Assembly: GCA_016699815.1 (NCBI GenBank)
Contig: CP065012.1
Coordinates: 1,668,981 to 1,732,980 of the forward strand
DNA length: 64,000 bases
Reading direction: 5' to 3'
From: Chitinophagaceae bacterium
GTDB lineage: Bacteria; Bacteroidota; Bacteroidia; Chitinophagales; Chitinophagaceae
Within the stretch, counting starts at the first letter, position 1. Each line of letters begins with the position of its first letter. A model generated the notes under the pieces. That model made no database searches. It was not told where the DNA came from and saw only the letters and a program-made list of their open reading frames with translations. This document shows positions 18,861 to 28,745 of the stretch, one piece after another. A program made the position numbers and the translations under genes.

Positions 18861-20969
18861 TTAAATAGCCGGTGGGTTATTGAGTTCTTCGGGAATGGTT
18901 TGTTGCGATACATCAGGCGCTACTAAATCTTCAGGTTGTACCTGCCCGTTTTCATTATCGGTCAAAAGCTTTTTTTCTTCAAATGGGCGTTTGCCAATTA
19001 GGGTTTCCACATCTGTTTTAAACAACACTTCTTTTACCAGTAATTCTTTGGCTAATTTTTCTACTGCCCATTTTTTTTCTGTAAGCAGTGCCTTAGTTTT
19101 TTCGTAAGCTCCGTCAATAAGTTTCCGCACTTCTTCATCAATCATTTTGCCGGTTTCTTCACTATAGGGTTTGGTGAAATAGTTTTCCTGGTTGGGGTCG
19201 TAAAAGCTAATATTGCCTATCTTATCGTTCATGCCGTAAGTGGTAACCATGCTGTAAGCAATTTTAGTAATTTGCTGCAAGTCATTACTCGCTCCGGTGC
19301 TTATTTTTCCAAAGAAAATTTCTTCGCTTGCCCTGCCGCCAAGGGTCATACAAATTTGATCTAAAAGCTGATCGGTATTGTAAAGGTATTGCTCCTTGGG
19401 TGTGTATTGGGCATAGCCCAAAGCCGCCGTACCTCTTGGTACAATGGTTACTTTTAAAAGCGGGTAAGCATGCTCCAGAAACCAGCCGCAAATTGCATGT
19501 CCAGCTTCATGATAAGCAATAATTTCTTTTTCTTCAGGGGATATGAGTTTGTTCTTTTTTTCCAGTCCGCCAATTACCCTGTCTATAGCATCCTGAAAGT
19601 CGCTCATATCTACAGCTTCTTTATTTTTTCTTGCGGCAATTAATGCAGCTTCATTACATACGTTGGCTATATCTGCTCCGGCAAAGCCCGGTGTTTGCTC
19701 GGCCAGTTTATGAATGTCCAGCGTTTGCGAAACTTTAATTGGTGCAAGATGCACTTTAAAAATAGCTTCCCTGCCAACCAAGTCGGGTCGGTCAATGGTT
19801 ATTTGCCTGTCGAACCTGCCGGGGCGTAGCAATGCAGTATCCAATACATCGGGCCTGTTGGTTGCTGCAAGTATAATAATTCCCAGGTCGGTACCAAAGC
19901 CATCCATTTCTACAAGCAATTGGTTAAGGGTGTTTTCCCTTTCATCGTTGCTCATCATTACATTTTTTCCCCTGGCACGGCCAATGGCATCTATTTCATC
20001 TATAAAAATAATGCAGGGCGCTTTTTCCCTGGCTTGTTTAAAAAGGTCACGTACACGGCTTGCGCCTACACCTACAAACATTTCCACAAAGTCGCTACCA
20101 CTGAGGCTAAAGAAGGGTACCTGTGCTTCGCCGGCAACAGCTTTTGCCAGCAATGTTTTACCGGTGCCCGGAGGTCCAACCAGCAACGCACCTTTGGGGA
20201 TTTTACCACCGAGCGCTGTATATTTTTTTGGATTTTTTAAAAAATCAACAATTTCCATTACTTCTACTTTGGCTTCATCGAGGCCGGCCACATCGCTAAA
20301 ATTAATATTTACCCTTGTGCCTTTGTCAAATAGTGTGGCTTTTGATTTGCCTATGTTAAAAATGCCTCCCGGTCCGCCGCTTCCTCCAGAACCCAGCTTT
20401 CTCATGGTTACTAAAAACAATAAACCAATTAAAAAGAAGGGAAGTAAAGTACTTAGTATTGAACCAATCAATTCACCTTCGGTTTCTGAATCGCTTTTTA
20501 CTTGTGCCAGGCCGGGGTTGCTCTTATAAAAATCCAATAGTTCAGTAACAAAACTTTTAGAATCAATAATAGAAAAATATAATTGGGGCTGTTCTATTTT
20601 AGCAGCCATTTCATATTTCTTTGGATCTTCGGTTGTGTTGAGTGTTTTGGCATACCAGACAGCTTTTTTGGTAAGGCTGTCTTTTTTTACTGATATCCTC
20701 ACAAGATCTTTATTGCGGATTACCATAATCTTGTCCACATCGCCCTGCTTCATCATTTCAAAAAAATCCTGCTGATAAGTTTTTACGCCTGTGCTGTTTA
20801 CATTGCGCATCAGGCTATAGGTAATTACCGTAAGGAAAATTATACCGTAAATCCAGTAAATATTGAATTTTGGTTTTTTGTTTTGGGCTTCATCTCCGCC
20901 GGGTGTTGTTTGTTTTTCAGGTAACATTTTTTGTTTGTTATTTTGCTGCTGCTCTCTTTTTTGTGACAT
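18861..20969 (-). CDS. ftsH: ATP-dependent zinc metalloprotease FtsH
   Basis: Two TM segments; [17 protein letters not shown] region [15 protein letters not shown] zinc motif, GGRASEE. Confidence 0.97.
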   Translation of the reverse strand: MSQKREQQQNNKQKMLPEKQTTPGGDEAQNKKPKFNIYWIYGIIFLTVITYSLMRNVNSTGVKTYQQDFFEMMKQGDVDKIMVIRNKDLVRISVKKDSLTKKAVWYAKTLNTTEDPKKYEMAAKIEQPQLYFSIIDSKSFVTELLDFYKSNPGLAQVKSDSETEGELIGSILSTLLPFFLIGLLFLVTMRKLGSGGSGGPGGIFNIGKSKATLFDKGTRVNINFSDVAGLDEAKVEVMEIVDFLKNPKKYTALGGKIPKGALLVGPPGTGKTLLAKAVAGEAQVPFFSLSGSDFVEMFVGVGASRVRDLFKQAREKAPCIIFIDEIDAIGRARGKNVMMSNDERENTLNQLLVEMDGFGTDLGIIILAATNRPDVLDTALLRPGRFDRQITIDRPDLVGREAIFKVHLAPIKVSQTLDIHKLAEQTPGFAGADIANVCNEAALIAARKNKEAVDMSDFQDAIDRVIGGLEKKNKLISPEEKEIIAYHEAGHAICGWFLEHAYPLLKVTIVPRGTAALGYAQYTPKEQYLYNTDQLLDQICMTLGGRASEEIFFGKISTGASNDLQQITKIAYSMVTTYGMNDKIGNISFYDPNQENYFTKPYSEETGKMIDEEVRKLIDGAYEKTKALLTEKKWAVEKLAKELLVKEVLFKTDVETLIGKRPFEEKKLLTDNENGQVQPEDLVAPDVSQQTIPEELNNPPAI

Positions 20970-21006
20970 TAAGTTTGGGTTTCAAAGGGTAATAAACAGT
21001 TCGGCT

Positions 21007-21405
21007 TTAATCGTGCTGTATCATGGGCGCATCGCTCCACATTTCTTCCAGTTGGTAAAATTTCCTGGGCTCGGGCAGCATTACATGCACTACAATATTT
21101 ATATAATCAATCAGTATCCATTGCTGGGCTTTTCGGCCCTCGTGCTTAAAGGCAAGTTCGTTACAATTTTTTTTAGCTTCTGCTTCTACATTATCGGCAA
21201 TGGCTTTTAGTTGTGGGGCGTTGCTTGCCTGGCAAATCACAAAAAAATCGGCTACTGCTTCAGGTATTTTTCGCAAATCCAGGCTCACGATATTTTCTGC
21301 TTTTTTATCTTTTATGGCAGTAAGGATAGATTTAAAAAGTTTACTATTCCTGTTCAACCGGGCAATATTTTTCTTACGGCTTTGTAATGCGGTGAGGTTG
21401 TTCAA
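21007..21405 (-). CDS. rsfS: Ribosome silencing factor
   Basis: KAENIVSLDL, ADFFVICQA, WILIDYINIVVHVM, RKFYQLEEMW. TTG start. Confidence 0.93.
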   Translation of the reverse strand: MNNLTALQSRKKNIARLNRNSKLFKSILTAIKDKKAENIVSLDLRKIPEAVADFFVICQASNAPQLKAIADNVEAEAKKNCNELAFKHEGRKAQQWILIDYINIVVHVMLPEPRKFYQLEEMWSDAPMIQHD

Positions 21406-21514
21406 ATGTTATTCATTTTGTTTTAAATTAATACAACTGCAAAACCCGTAAAAAAATAAGTAGCTTGCGGTTTGCGCCAAAATTACTATTTCTTTTTTAC
21501 CTGAAATATCCCAA

Positions 21515-22273
21515 ATGCAAGCTTTTGAATTATTTCGCATTTTAGATACTGTGGACAGTACCAACAACTATGCCATGGTACAAATTCATGAAGGATTGGC
21601 GAAACACGGAATGGCAGTATTTGCAAGGCAACAAACTGCCGGAAAAGGGCAGCGTGGCCGCAATTGGCTAGCCGAAAAGGACAAAAGCATAGCCCTGAGT
21701 ACCATCATTCAACCCAATATGCTCCTTTTGCAGGAGCAATTCATTTTGTCCGCAGCAACGGCATTGGCCTGCGCCGAGTTTTTACAAAAAAAAAACATCT
21801 CAAATGTTGCTGTTAAATGGCCCAACGACTTATACATTAATGACAGAAAGGCAGGTGGAATTTTGATAGAAAATATCATAAAAGGCGCCGAATGGAAATA
21901 TAGTGTGATAGGAATTGGTATTAATGTTAACCAGCAGCAATTTGATGCTTCTATTCCTAATGCAATAAGCCTTTACCAAATTACCAAAAAGCATTATGAT
22001 TTGTTGGAGATGGCAAAAGAGCTGTATGAATTACTGTGGCAAAAAATTGATAGCTTAACCCGTACAAATTTTGATCATTTGCTTATAAATTATAATAACT
22101 TGCTGTTTCGAAAAAATAAAATGGTAAAACTCAAAAAAGGCAATATAGTTTTTGATGCCAAAATTGTTGCCGTAACTCAACAGGGAATTTTATTGGCCGA
22201 AACAGGGAATATAATGCAGGAGTTTGTTTTTGGTGAAGTGGAATGGGTTTTAAGACCGCAAAGAGAAACCTGA
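21515..22273 (+). CDS. birA: Biotin--protein ligase (class I, no HTH)
   Basis: DSTNNYA, QTAGKGQRGRNW, KWPNDL, KAGGILIE, GIGINVN; no N-terminal DNA-binding domain. Confidence 0.92.
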   Translation: MQAFELFRILDTVDSTNNYAMVQIHEGLAKHGMAVFARQQTAGKGQRGRNWLAEKDKSIALSTIIQPNMLLLQEQFILSAATALACAEFLQKKNISNVAVKWPNDLYINDRKAGGILIENIIKGAEWKYSVIGIGINVNQQQFDASIPNAISLYQITKKHYDLLEMAKELYELLWQKIDSLTRTNFDHLLINYNNLLFRKNKMVKLKKGNIVFDAKIVAVTQQGILLAETGNIMQEFVFGEVEWVLRPQRET

Positions 22274-22281
22274 AAGCTTGT

Positions 22282-22593
22282 TTAAAACTTGGTTGATTCT
22301 TCTGCAGCTCTTGCTTCAACTTCATATTTATTATTATAGTAGCCATGCTTAAGCGATTCCCAAAAGTATTTTGCAATAAAAGTAAAAAAACCATGTTGTT
22401 TAAATTGTTGTATATGGCATAGCTCATGGTTGAGCCATTTTGGGTTGTTTAAAAATTCTTCTCTGCTGGTATTGTAAAGGTGAATGGTTTTACCCAATAC
22501 AATAGCCACCTGGCTGCTCCGTAACTTTAAGGCTGCAAGTTTTGCTAAAAAAGAATGGGTAACAATGCGGTATGTTATCGGTTGGTACAACAA
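22282..22593 (-). CDS. Small DUF4157 (eCIS core-like) HExxH protein
   Basis: AIVLGKTIHL, WLNHELCHIQQ, NKYEVEARAAE. Confidence 0.7.
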   Translation of the reverse strand: MLYQPITYRIVTHSFLAKLAALKLRSSQVAIVLGKTIHLYNTSREEFLNNPKWLNHELCHIQQFKQHGFFTFIAKYFWESLKHGYYNNKYEVEARAAEESTKF

Positions 22594-22596
22594 AAA

Positions 22597-23073
22597 TTAC
22601 TTGTTGATTTCGTTCCACTTTTTAATAATTTCCTGTGCATGTTCTTTATTCCTCGGTTTTAGAAAGATGTGGCGTATGATTCCTTTTTCATCAATGAGGA
22701 AGCTGGTGCGGTGCAGACCATCATATTTGCGGCCATATAATTGCTTAGGTCCCCAAACGCCATATTTGTTTATTATGCTATGCGATGTATCGGCAATTAA
22801 GGTAAAGGGAAGATTAAATTTTGTCTCAAATTTTTTGTGGCTTTTTTCATCATTGGGGCTTATGCCTACTACTTCAAAGCCGTTTTTTTTCAATAAATGA
22901 TAATTGTCCCTAAGGTTACAAGCCTCAATGGTGCAGGTTGGAGTATCATCCTCCGGGTAAAAAAATAAGGCCAGTTTTTTATTTTTATAATCAGATAGGT
23001 TAACGGTATTTCCGTTTTGGTCTTTGCCTTTAAACTGCGGCGCTTTTTGGTATACGGTTAAATGTGTTGCCAT
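22597..23073 (-). CDS. bcp: Thioredoxin-dependent thiol peroxidase (Bcp/PrxQ)
   Basis: FFYPEDDTPTCTIEAC, GISP, HRTSFLID. Confidence 0.93.
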   Translation of the reverse strand: MATHLTVYQKAPQFKGKDQNGNTVNLSDYKNKKLALFFYPEDDTPTCTIEACNLRDNYHLLKKNGFEVVGISPNDEKSHKKFETKFNLPFTLIADTSHSIINKYGVWGPKQLYGRKYDGLHRTSFLIDEKGIIRHIFLKPRNKEHAQEIIKKWNEINK

Positions 23074-23075
23074 AA

Positions 23076-24803
23076 TTATCGGGTAAAAAGGTAAGTTTTT
23101 TCAGTTTTATTTCCGGCAAGGTCTTCGGCAGTAATTTTTAATTCATGCTTTCCAGGCGGGCAATACTCATCAAAATTGTAAATAAAAAGTTTGGCTTTAT
23201 CATTGGTAAACCGCAGCCAATTGCCATCGAGTAAAGCGGTGAAGCTGGCAATTTCTTCAGTATTGTCTTTTACCCTGAAAATAATGCGATTGAGCTTTGC
23301 TGCATTCATACCGTCTTTAAAGCCAATGGGTGTAATTTCTGGCGGCTCATTGTCGGCTATTAATTGAAAGTTTCCCAATTGTTTAAACCCGGCTTTGTAC
23401 CAGCCTTGCTCTGCTTCTTCTGTTGCCGCAACGGCTTTTTTGTATTCTTCTTTATCGCCCCAAAACCTTTTCATTATCATTTTATCGGTAGGTAAAAACA
23501 AAATGCCATCTTTAATTTTTAAGGTAAAAGCTGTTTGCAACGGCACAGAATGGTTGTGTAATTGATAAATAGGTTTGCCAACCGAAGGGTTTATTTTGCT
23601 GTATTTAAAATAAAACGAATCGTAAAGGGCGTTTTCGGGCATATAAAATTTTACGGCTTCGTTTTCGAAAATATTAATTTCATTGGGTTTAAATAAAATG
23701 CCTGCGGTTGTAGCCTGTGGGTTTTTAATAGCGTTGCTCCTGGTTATGGTAAAAATTAATTCCGATTTATTATTGTTAGCATCCCACACTTCAATTTTTA
23801 TTATTTTGCTTTGGCCGGGCTCAAGGCTTACTACGCCATTGCTTGCATCGGTTTTATAATGCTGTGCAGGGTTGCCGGGCAGCCTGCTCAGGTGCTGCAG
23901 GTATGGGCCGCCATTAATTTTTGTTTTGTAATCTATGTGTGCATTCAGGTAACGGGTTTCATCGTAGCTAATTTGGTTTAATTGAAAACCGCTTACCGGA
24001 ACATTGTCAACACTCATTACCGCCTGGTAAATACCATTGTGGTTTGTAGAGCCGGTGTAGCGGTCAAAAGCCGAAATGGCAAAACTTGTTTTTTCAGCAT
24101 ATACCGTAATGTTCCCGGAAGCTACGGAATAAGTATTACCAGTTTTTTTTAGCGAGAATAATACTGGGCTTTGTTCATAAGTGCTTTTGCTGCGGTCGTA
24201 AGCTGCAAGGCGAATAATATCCGGCGCAATTTTATCGGTAATTGGCATATTAAATAAAAGCGGGTTCAGTACTTTGTCTGTACCAGTTTCTCTTATTTCA
24301 AAATGCAAATGCGGCCCTTGTGAACCACCTGTAGTACCGCTCCATGCTATTTGCTGGCCCTTTTTAACGGTGAAAATATTTGGGGGAATATCTAAAAAAA
24401 CGGCCCAGCATTTAAGTTCATATTGCTTTTGTGTTATATATTTTTCTAAAGGATCATAAAAATCATTGAGGTGAGCATACAGGGTTGTATATCCTCCGGG
24501 ATGGTTGATATAAATAGCACGTCCAAATCCAAAAGGTTCAATTTTTACTTTAGCAATATATCCGTCTGCAGCAGCGTAAACAGGTTTGTTAACCACCTGC
24601 TCTGTACGGCAATCGAGGCCCATGTGGTAATGATTGGGGCGCAACTCTCCAAAATTGGCTACTATGGCTTTTACGGCGCCAACCGGCCATTGAAAAAAGT
24701 CTTGCGGATATGATGGCTGGATAAAAAATTGTGCATTACCCCAAATGGGCAGTACAATTAAAAAAACAAAAAATTTTTTTTGGAGTAAAAACCGCATGAG
24801 CAA
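23076..24803 (-). CDS. M23-family metallopeptidase, secreted
   Basis: Signal peptide; HYHMGLD, TTLYAHL, GPHLHFEIR zinc motifs intact. Confidence 0.88.
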   Translation of the reverse strand: MLMRFLLQKKFFVFLIVLPIWGNAQFFIQPSYPQDFFQWPVGAVKAIVANFGELRPNHYHMGLDCRTEQVVNKPVYAAADGYIAKVKIEPFGFGRAIYINHPGGYTTLYAHLNDFYDPLEKYITQKQYELKCWAVFLDIPPNIFTVKKGQQIAWSGTTGGSQGPHLHFEIRETGTDKVLNPLLFNMPITDKIAPDIIRLAAYDRSKSTYEQSPVLFSLKKTGNTYSVASGNITVYAEKTSFAISAFDRYTGSTNHNGIYQAVMSVDNVPVSGFQLNQISYDETRYLNAHIDYKTKINGGPYLQHLSRLPGNPAQHYKTDASNGVVSLEPGQSKIIKIEVWDANNNKSELIFTITRSNAIKNPQATTAGILFKPNEINIFENEAVKFYMPENALYDSFYFKYSKINPSVGKPIYQLHNHSVPLQTAFTLKIKDGILFLPTDKMIMKRFWGDKEEYKKAVAATEEAEQGWYKAGFKQLGNFQLIADNEPPEITPIGFKDGMNAAKLNRIIFRVKDNTEEIASFTALLDGNWLRFTNDKAKLFIYNFDEYCPPGKHELKITAEDLAGNKTEKTYLFTR

Positions 24804-24944
24804 TGTTTATTCAACGGGTTAAAAAAAATTACTGCAAAACTACTGTTTAATCGCCGATTAATTTTCATCTTTTACAGTAATGCGCTATTTATTTAACTTA
24901 ATTTATAGCAACAATTAAAGCCATTAAAATTGGGGCAAACAATT

Positions 24945-24952
24945 TACCTTTG
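24945..24952 (+). promoter_or_regulatory. -7 promoter element (TACCTTTG) upstream of carB
   Basis: TAnnTTTG match 23 nt before the carB ATG. Confidence 0.55.
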
Positions 24953-24975
24953 CACGCCACAAAATATGTTTTTCA

Positions 24976-27825
24976 ATGCCCAAAAACAACGCAATTCAAT
25001 CGGTTTTAATTATTGGTAGCGGCCCTATTATTATTGGCCAGGCCTGTGAGTTTGATTACAGCGGATCGCAGGCGGCAAGGAGCCTAAGAGAAGAAGGAAT
25101 TAAAGTGATACTGATAAACAGCAACCCGGCCACTATCATGACCGATCCCATGATGGCCGACAAAGTTTATTTATTGCCGCTTACCGTTGAAAGCATCGAA
25201 CAAATTCTTGAAGAAAATAAAATAGATGCCGTTTTACCTACAATGGGTGGGCAAACGGCGCTTAATCTTTGTAAAGAAGCAGATGAACTGGGTATTTGGG
25301 AACGCTATAATGTACAATTGATAGGTGTAGATATTAAGGCAATTGATAAAGCAGAAGACCGGGAAAAATTCAGGCAGTGGATGATAGAAATGGAGATACC
25401 GGTTGCAATAGCAAGAACAGCCAACTCATTTTTAGAAGGTAAAGAATTTGCCCAGGAAATTGGGTTTCCATTAGTAATAAGGCCATCGTTTACCCTTGGT
25501 GGCACAGGCGGCGGTTTTGTAAAAGATAAAGAAGAGCTTGATGATGCATTAAACACCGGGCTTTCTGCATCACCCATACACGAAGTGCTGGTAGAGCAGG
25601 CTGTGCTGGGATGGAAGGAGTTTGAACTGGAACTGCTGAGAGATGCTGCAGATAATGTATGCATCATTTGCACTGTGGAAAATTTTGACCCAATGGGTGT
25701 ACATACCGGCGACAGTATTACCGTTGCGCCGGCTATGACGCTTAGCGATACCGCATTTCAACTGATGAGAAATACGGCTATTGCTATGATGCGGAACCTG
25801 GGAAATTTTGCCGGTGGGTGCAATGTTCAATTTGCCCTTAACCCGCAAACAGAAGAAATCATAGCTATAGAAATTAATCCACGGGTAAGCCGCTCCAGTG
25901 CATTGGCAAGCAAAGCCACCGGTTACCCAATTGCAAAAATTGCCGCAAAGCTGGCCATTGGTTACCACCTCGATGAACTAAAAAACCAAATTACCCAATT
26001 TACATCCGCATATTTTGAACCGGCTTTAGATTATGTAATTGTAAAAATCCCCCGCTGGAATTTTGATAAATTTAAAGGCGCCAATGATACGCTTGGCCTG
26101 CAAATGAAAAGTGTAGGTGAAGTAATGGGTATTGGAAGAAGTTTTGCCGAAGCCATTCAAAAAGCCTGTCAGAGCCTGGAAAACGAAGCCGTAGGATTGG
26201 GCTATTACGGCAAAAGCTTAATGCATAGCGAAGAGCTGATTGATTATATTAAAATTCCAAAATGGGACAGAATTTTTCGCATTAAAGATGCCCTGATGGC
26301 CGGCGCCAGTGTAAAACGCATTTGCGAAAGCACCTTAATTGACCGCTGGTTTATTTATCAAATACAAGATATATGCGATTGCGAAAGAGAAATTGCAAAA
26401 TATAATTTTAAAACCCTGCCCGATGAAGTTTTAATAAAAGCCAAAAAACTCGGCTTTAGTGATGAGCAGGTAATGCGGATAATGAAGGAAGAAGATGCGT
26501 TGCAATTATATGAACGCCGTAAACGAATGGGGCTTACCAGGGTTTTTAAAATGGTAGATACCTGCAGCGCAGAGTTTGAAGCCAAAACTCCATATTTTTA
26601 TTCCAGCTTTGAAAACGGCTTGCGCTCATCGCAAAATACTGCCCTGGTTTCAAACGAATCTATAAATTCCGACAAGAAAAAAATTATTGTATTGGGCAGC
26701 GGCCCCAATCGTATTGGTCAGGGCATTGAGTTTGATTATTGTTGCGTACATGGTTTGCTGGCCTTAAAAGAGTGTGGCTACGAAGCCATAATGGTAAACT
26801 GCAACCCCGAAACCGTAAGTACCGATTTTGATATTGCCGACAAACTTTATTTTGAACCCGTTTTTTTAGAACATATACTGGAGATAGTTGAACACGAAAA
26901 ACCCGAAGGCGTAATTGTTCAGCTTGGCGGACAAACCGCATTAAAGCTGGCAAAAATTTTGCATGAACGTGGCATAAAAATCATTGGAACATCTTTTGAC
27001 AATATGGATATTGCCGAAGACCGTGGCCGCTTTAGCGACTTGCTTAAAAAATTAGGCATTCCCTACCCCAGATACGGCACGGCTTTTAATACCGATGAAG
27101 CCATTGAAATTGCACACCAGGTGGGTTACCCGGTTTTGGTAAGGCCCAGTTACGTATTAGGCGGGCAAAGAATGCGGATTGTATTGAATGATGAAGAATT
27201 GGAAAAAGGAGTGTTGAGTTTATTGAAGCATTTGCCCGGAAATAAAATATTAATTGATCATTTTTTGGATCGTTGCCAGGAAGCGGAAATTGATGCCATA
27301 TTCGATGGGGAAAATTTTCATGTAATGGGTGTTATGGAACACATAGAACCGGCAGGCATCCATAGCGGCGATAGCAATGCAGTATTGCCGCAATTCAACC
27401 TCTCTCCATTAATAGTACATACAATGGAAGAATATGCAGAAAAAATAGCAAGGGCCTTAAATATTTGTGGATTAATCAATATTCAATTTGCCATAAAAGA
27501 TGGAATGGTATATGTAATAGAAGCCAACCCAAGGGCAAGCCGCACCACGCCTTTTATTGCCAAAGCCTATCAAATACCTTATTTAAATATTGCTACTAAA
27601 GTAATGCTGGGTGCTGCAAAGCTTAATGATTTTACATTTACCAAAAACCTGAAAGGCTTTGCCATAAAAGAACCGGTTTTTTCTTTTAATAAATTTCCCG
27701 GCGTAAATAAAGAGCTTGGCCCCGAAATGAAAAGTACCGGCGAAGCCATTCGCTTTATAAAAGATTTAAGGGATCCTTACTTTCGTCAATTGTATAAGGA
27801 AAGAAGCATGCATTTAAGTAAATAA
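24976..27825 (+). CDS. carB: Carbamoyl-phosphate synthase large subunit (no C-terminal MGS domain)
   Basis: Duplicated ATP-grasp halves: GSGPIIIGQACEFDYSG, GSGPNRIGQGIEFDYC, RPSFTLGG, RPSYVLGG, GPEMKSTGE. Confidence 0.97.
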   Translation: MPKNNAIQSVLIIGSGPIIIGQACEFDYSGSQAARSLREEGIKVILINSNPATIMTDPMMADKVYLLPLTVESIEQILEENKIDAVLPTMGGQTALNLCKEADELGIWERYNVQLIGVDIKAIDKAEDREKFRQWMIEMEIPVAIARTANSFLEGKEFAQEIGFPLVIRPSFTLGGTGGGFVKDKEELDDALNTGLSASPIHEVLVEQAVLGWKEFELELLRDAADNVCIICTVENFDPMGVHTGDSITVAPAMTLSDTAFQLMRNTAIAMMRNLGNFAGGCNVQFALNPQTEEIIAIEINPRVSRSSALASKATGYPIAKIAAKLAIGYHLDELKNQITQFTSAYFEPALDYVIVKIPRWNFDKFKGANDTLGLQMKSVGEVMGIGRSFAEAIQKACQSLENEAVGLGYYGKSLMHSEELIDYIKIPKWDRIFRIKDALMAGASVKRICESTLIDRWFIYQIQDICDCEREIAKYNFKTLPDEVLIKAKKLGFSDEQVMRIMKEEDALQLYERRKRMGLTRVFKMVDTCSAEFEAKTPYFYSSFENGLRSSQNTALVSNESINSDKKKIIVLGSGPNRIGQGIEFDYCCVHGLLALKECGYEAIMVNCNPETVSTDFDIADKLYFEPVFLEHILEIVEHEKPEGVIVQLGGQTALKLAKILHERGIKIIGTSFDNMDIAEDRGRFSDLLKKLGIPYPRYGTAFNTDEAIEIAHQVGYPVLVRPSYVLGGQRMRIVLNDEELEKGVLSLLKHLPGNKILIDHFLDRCQEAEIDAIFDGENFHVMGVMEHIEPAGIHSGDSNAVLPQFNLSPLIVHTMEEYAEKIARALNICGLINIQFAIKDGMVYVIEANPRASRTTPFIAKAYQIPYLNIATKVMLGAAKLNDFTFTKNLKGFAIKEPVFSFNKFPGVNKELGPEMKSTGEAIRFIKDLRDPYFRQLYKERSMHLSK

Positions 27826-27835
27826 AAATTGTAAG

Positions 27836-28711
27836 TTAATTACTAAACCTTATGCCAATGGTATAAGGCCGCATATCCAGGCTGTGTTCATACATTGATT
27901 TTGGGCTGTACGAACCATAAAACTTAACCGGGCCTAGGCCCAATTCGCCAATATAGCTAAGTTTAAAACGCTCCATATCATAATCTCCTTTGTTGCGCTT
28001 TTTTCCACGTTCATCACTTTTTTGTTTGTTGCGCTGGCTGTACAAATAGCCTGCGCTTACGCCAAACGAAACACTTACGCCTTTGTTGATACTGTATTTA
28101 TTGCTGGCAAAATTTATCATTACTGGAATGGTAAGGTAATCTGCCGCAAGCTTGTTTTTGCTAAACGAAATTGAATCCCTGAAGATAAAAGGCGCATTGG
28201 TTTGCATACCGCCGCTGTAAGGTATAATGCCATCTTCACGGTAACTGATGGCAGATTTATAACGGTAATTATTAAGCTCCAGGCCAAAACCGTATTTCAA
28301 ATTCATATTCTTTTTTACCAAATGCAGGGTTTGCATAAAAAACCAAATATTTATATTGATGCTTTTGCCTGTACGCAATTTAAAATCGGGTGCGCCAAGT
28401 TTAGGGTTACCGGGCCTGCTTACCAAAAAAATCCCGGTATTGCTGTAATCTGTTTTATCGGTAAAATTTGAAAAACCAAAATCAATTACACCCCAGTTTG
28501 TGGTAGTGCGGTTATACGATGGGTATGATGGGCTCCTTCTTCCCAGCGTAATATTTACACTGTCGTTATCAAAATTTTTCCCTCTTTTAATAATTAATAT
28601 ATTACCCACTCTTATGGTGTCCCGTTTTACTGATGCGCTGCTGTCTGTTTGTGCCGATGCAGTAAAGAAAAAAAAGGCAAATAGGGTAGAAAATAAAAGT
28701 TTACGGTTCAT
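27836..28711 (-). CDS. Outer-membrane beta-barrel protein (Bacteroidota porin-like family)
   Basis: Sec signal MNRKLLFSTLFAFFFFTASA; alternating strands (LKYGFGLELNNY, VSVSFGVSAGYL, LSYIGELGLG); C-terminal YTIGIRF beta-signal. Confidence 0.8.
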   Translation of the reverse strand: MNRKLLFSTLFAFFFFTASAQTDSSASVKRDTIRVGNILIIKRGKNFDNDSVNITLGRRSPSYPSYNRTTTNWGVIDFGFSNFTDKTDYSNTGIFLVSRPGNPKLGAPDFKLRTGKSININIWFFMQTLHLVKKNMNLKYGFGLELNNYRYKSAISYREDGIIPYSGGMQTNAPFIFRDSISFSKNKLAADYLTIPVMINFASNKYSINKGVSVSFGVSAGYLYSQRNKQKSDERGKKRNKGDYDMERFKLSYIGELGLGPVKFYGSYSPKSMYEHSLDMRPYTIGIRFSN

Positions 28712-28745
28712 GGTTTTATTTTTTAATTGGTATGGTGTTTTTTAT

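Noticed and set aside
19714-20529. 271-aa plus-strand ORF
   Set aside because: Lies wholly antisense to the conserved AAA+ core of ftsH; typical shadow ORF with no recognisable motifs.
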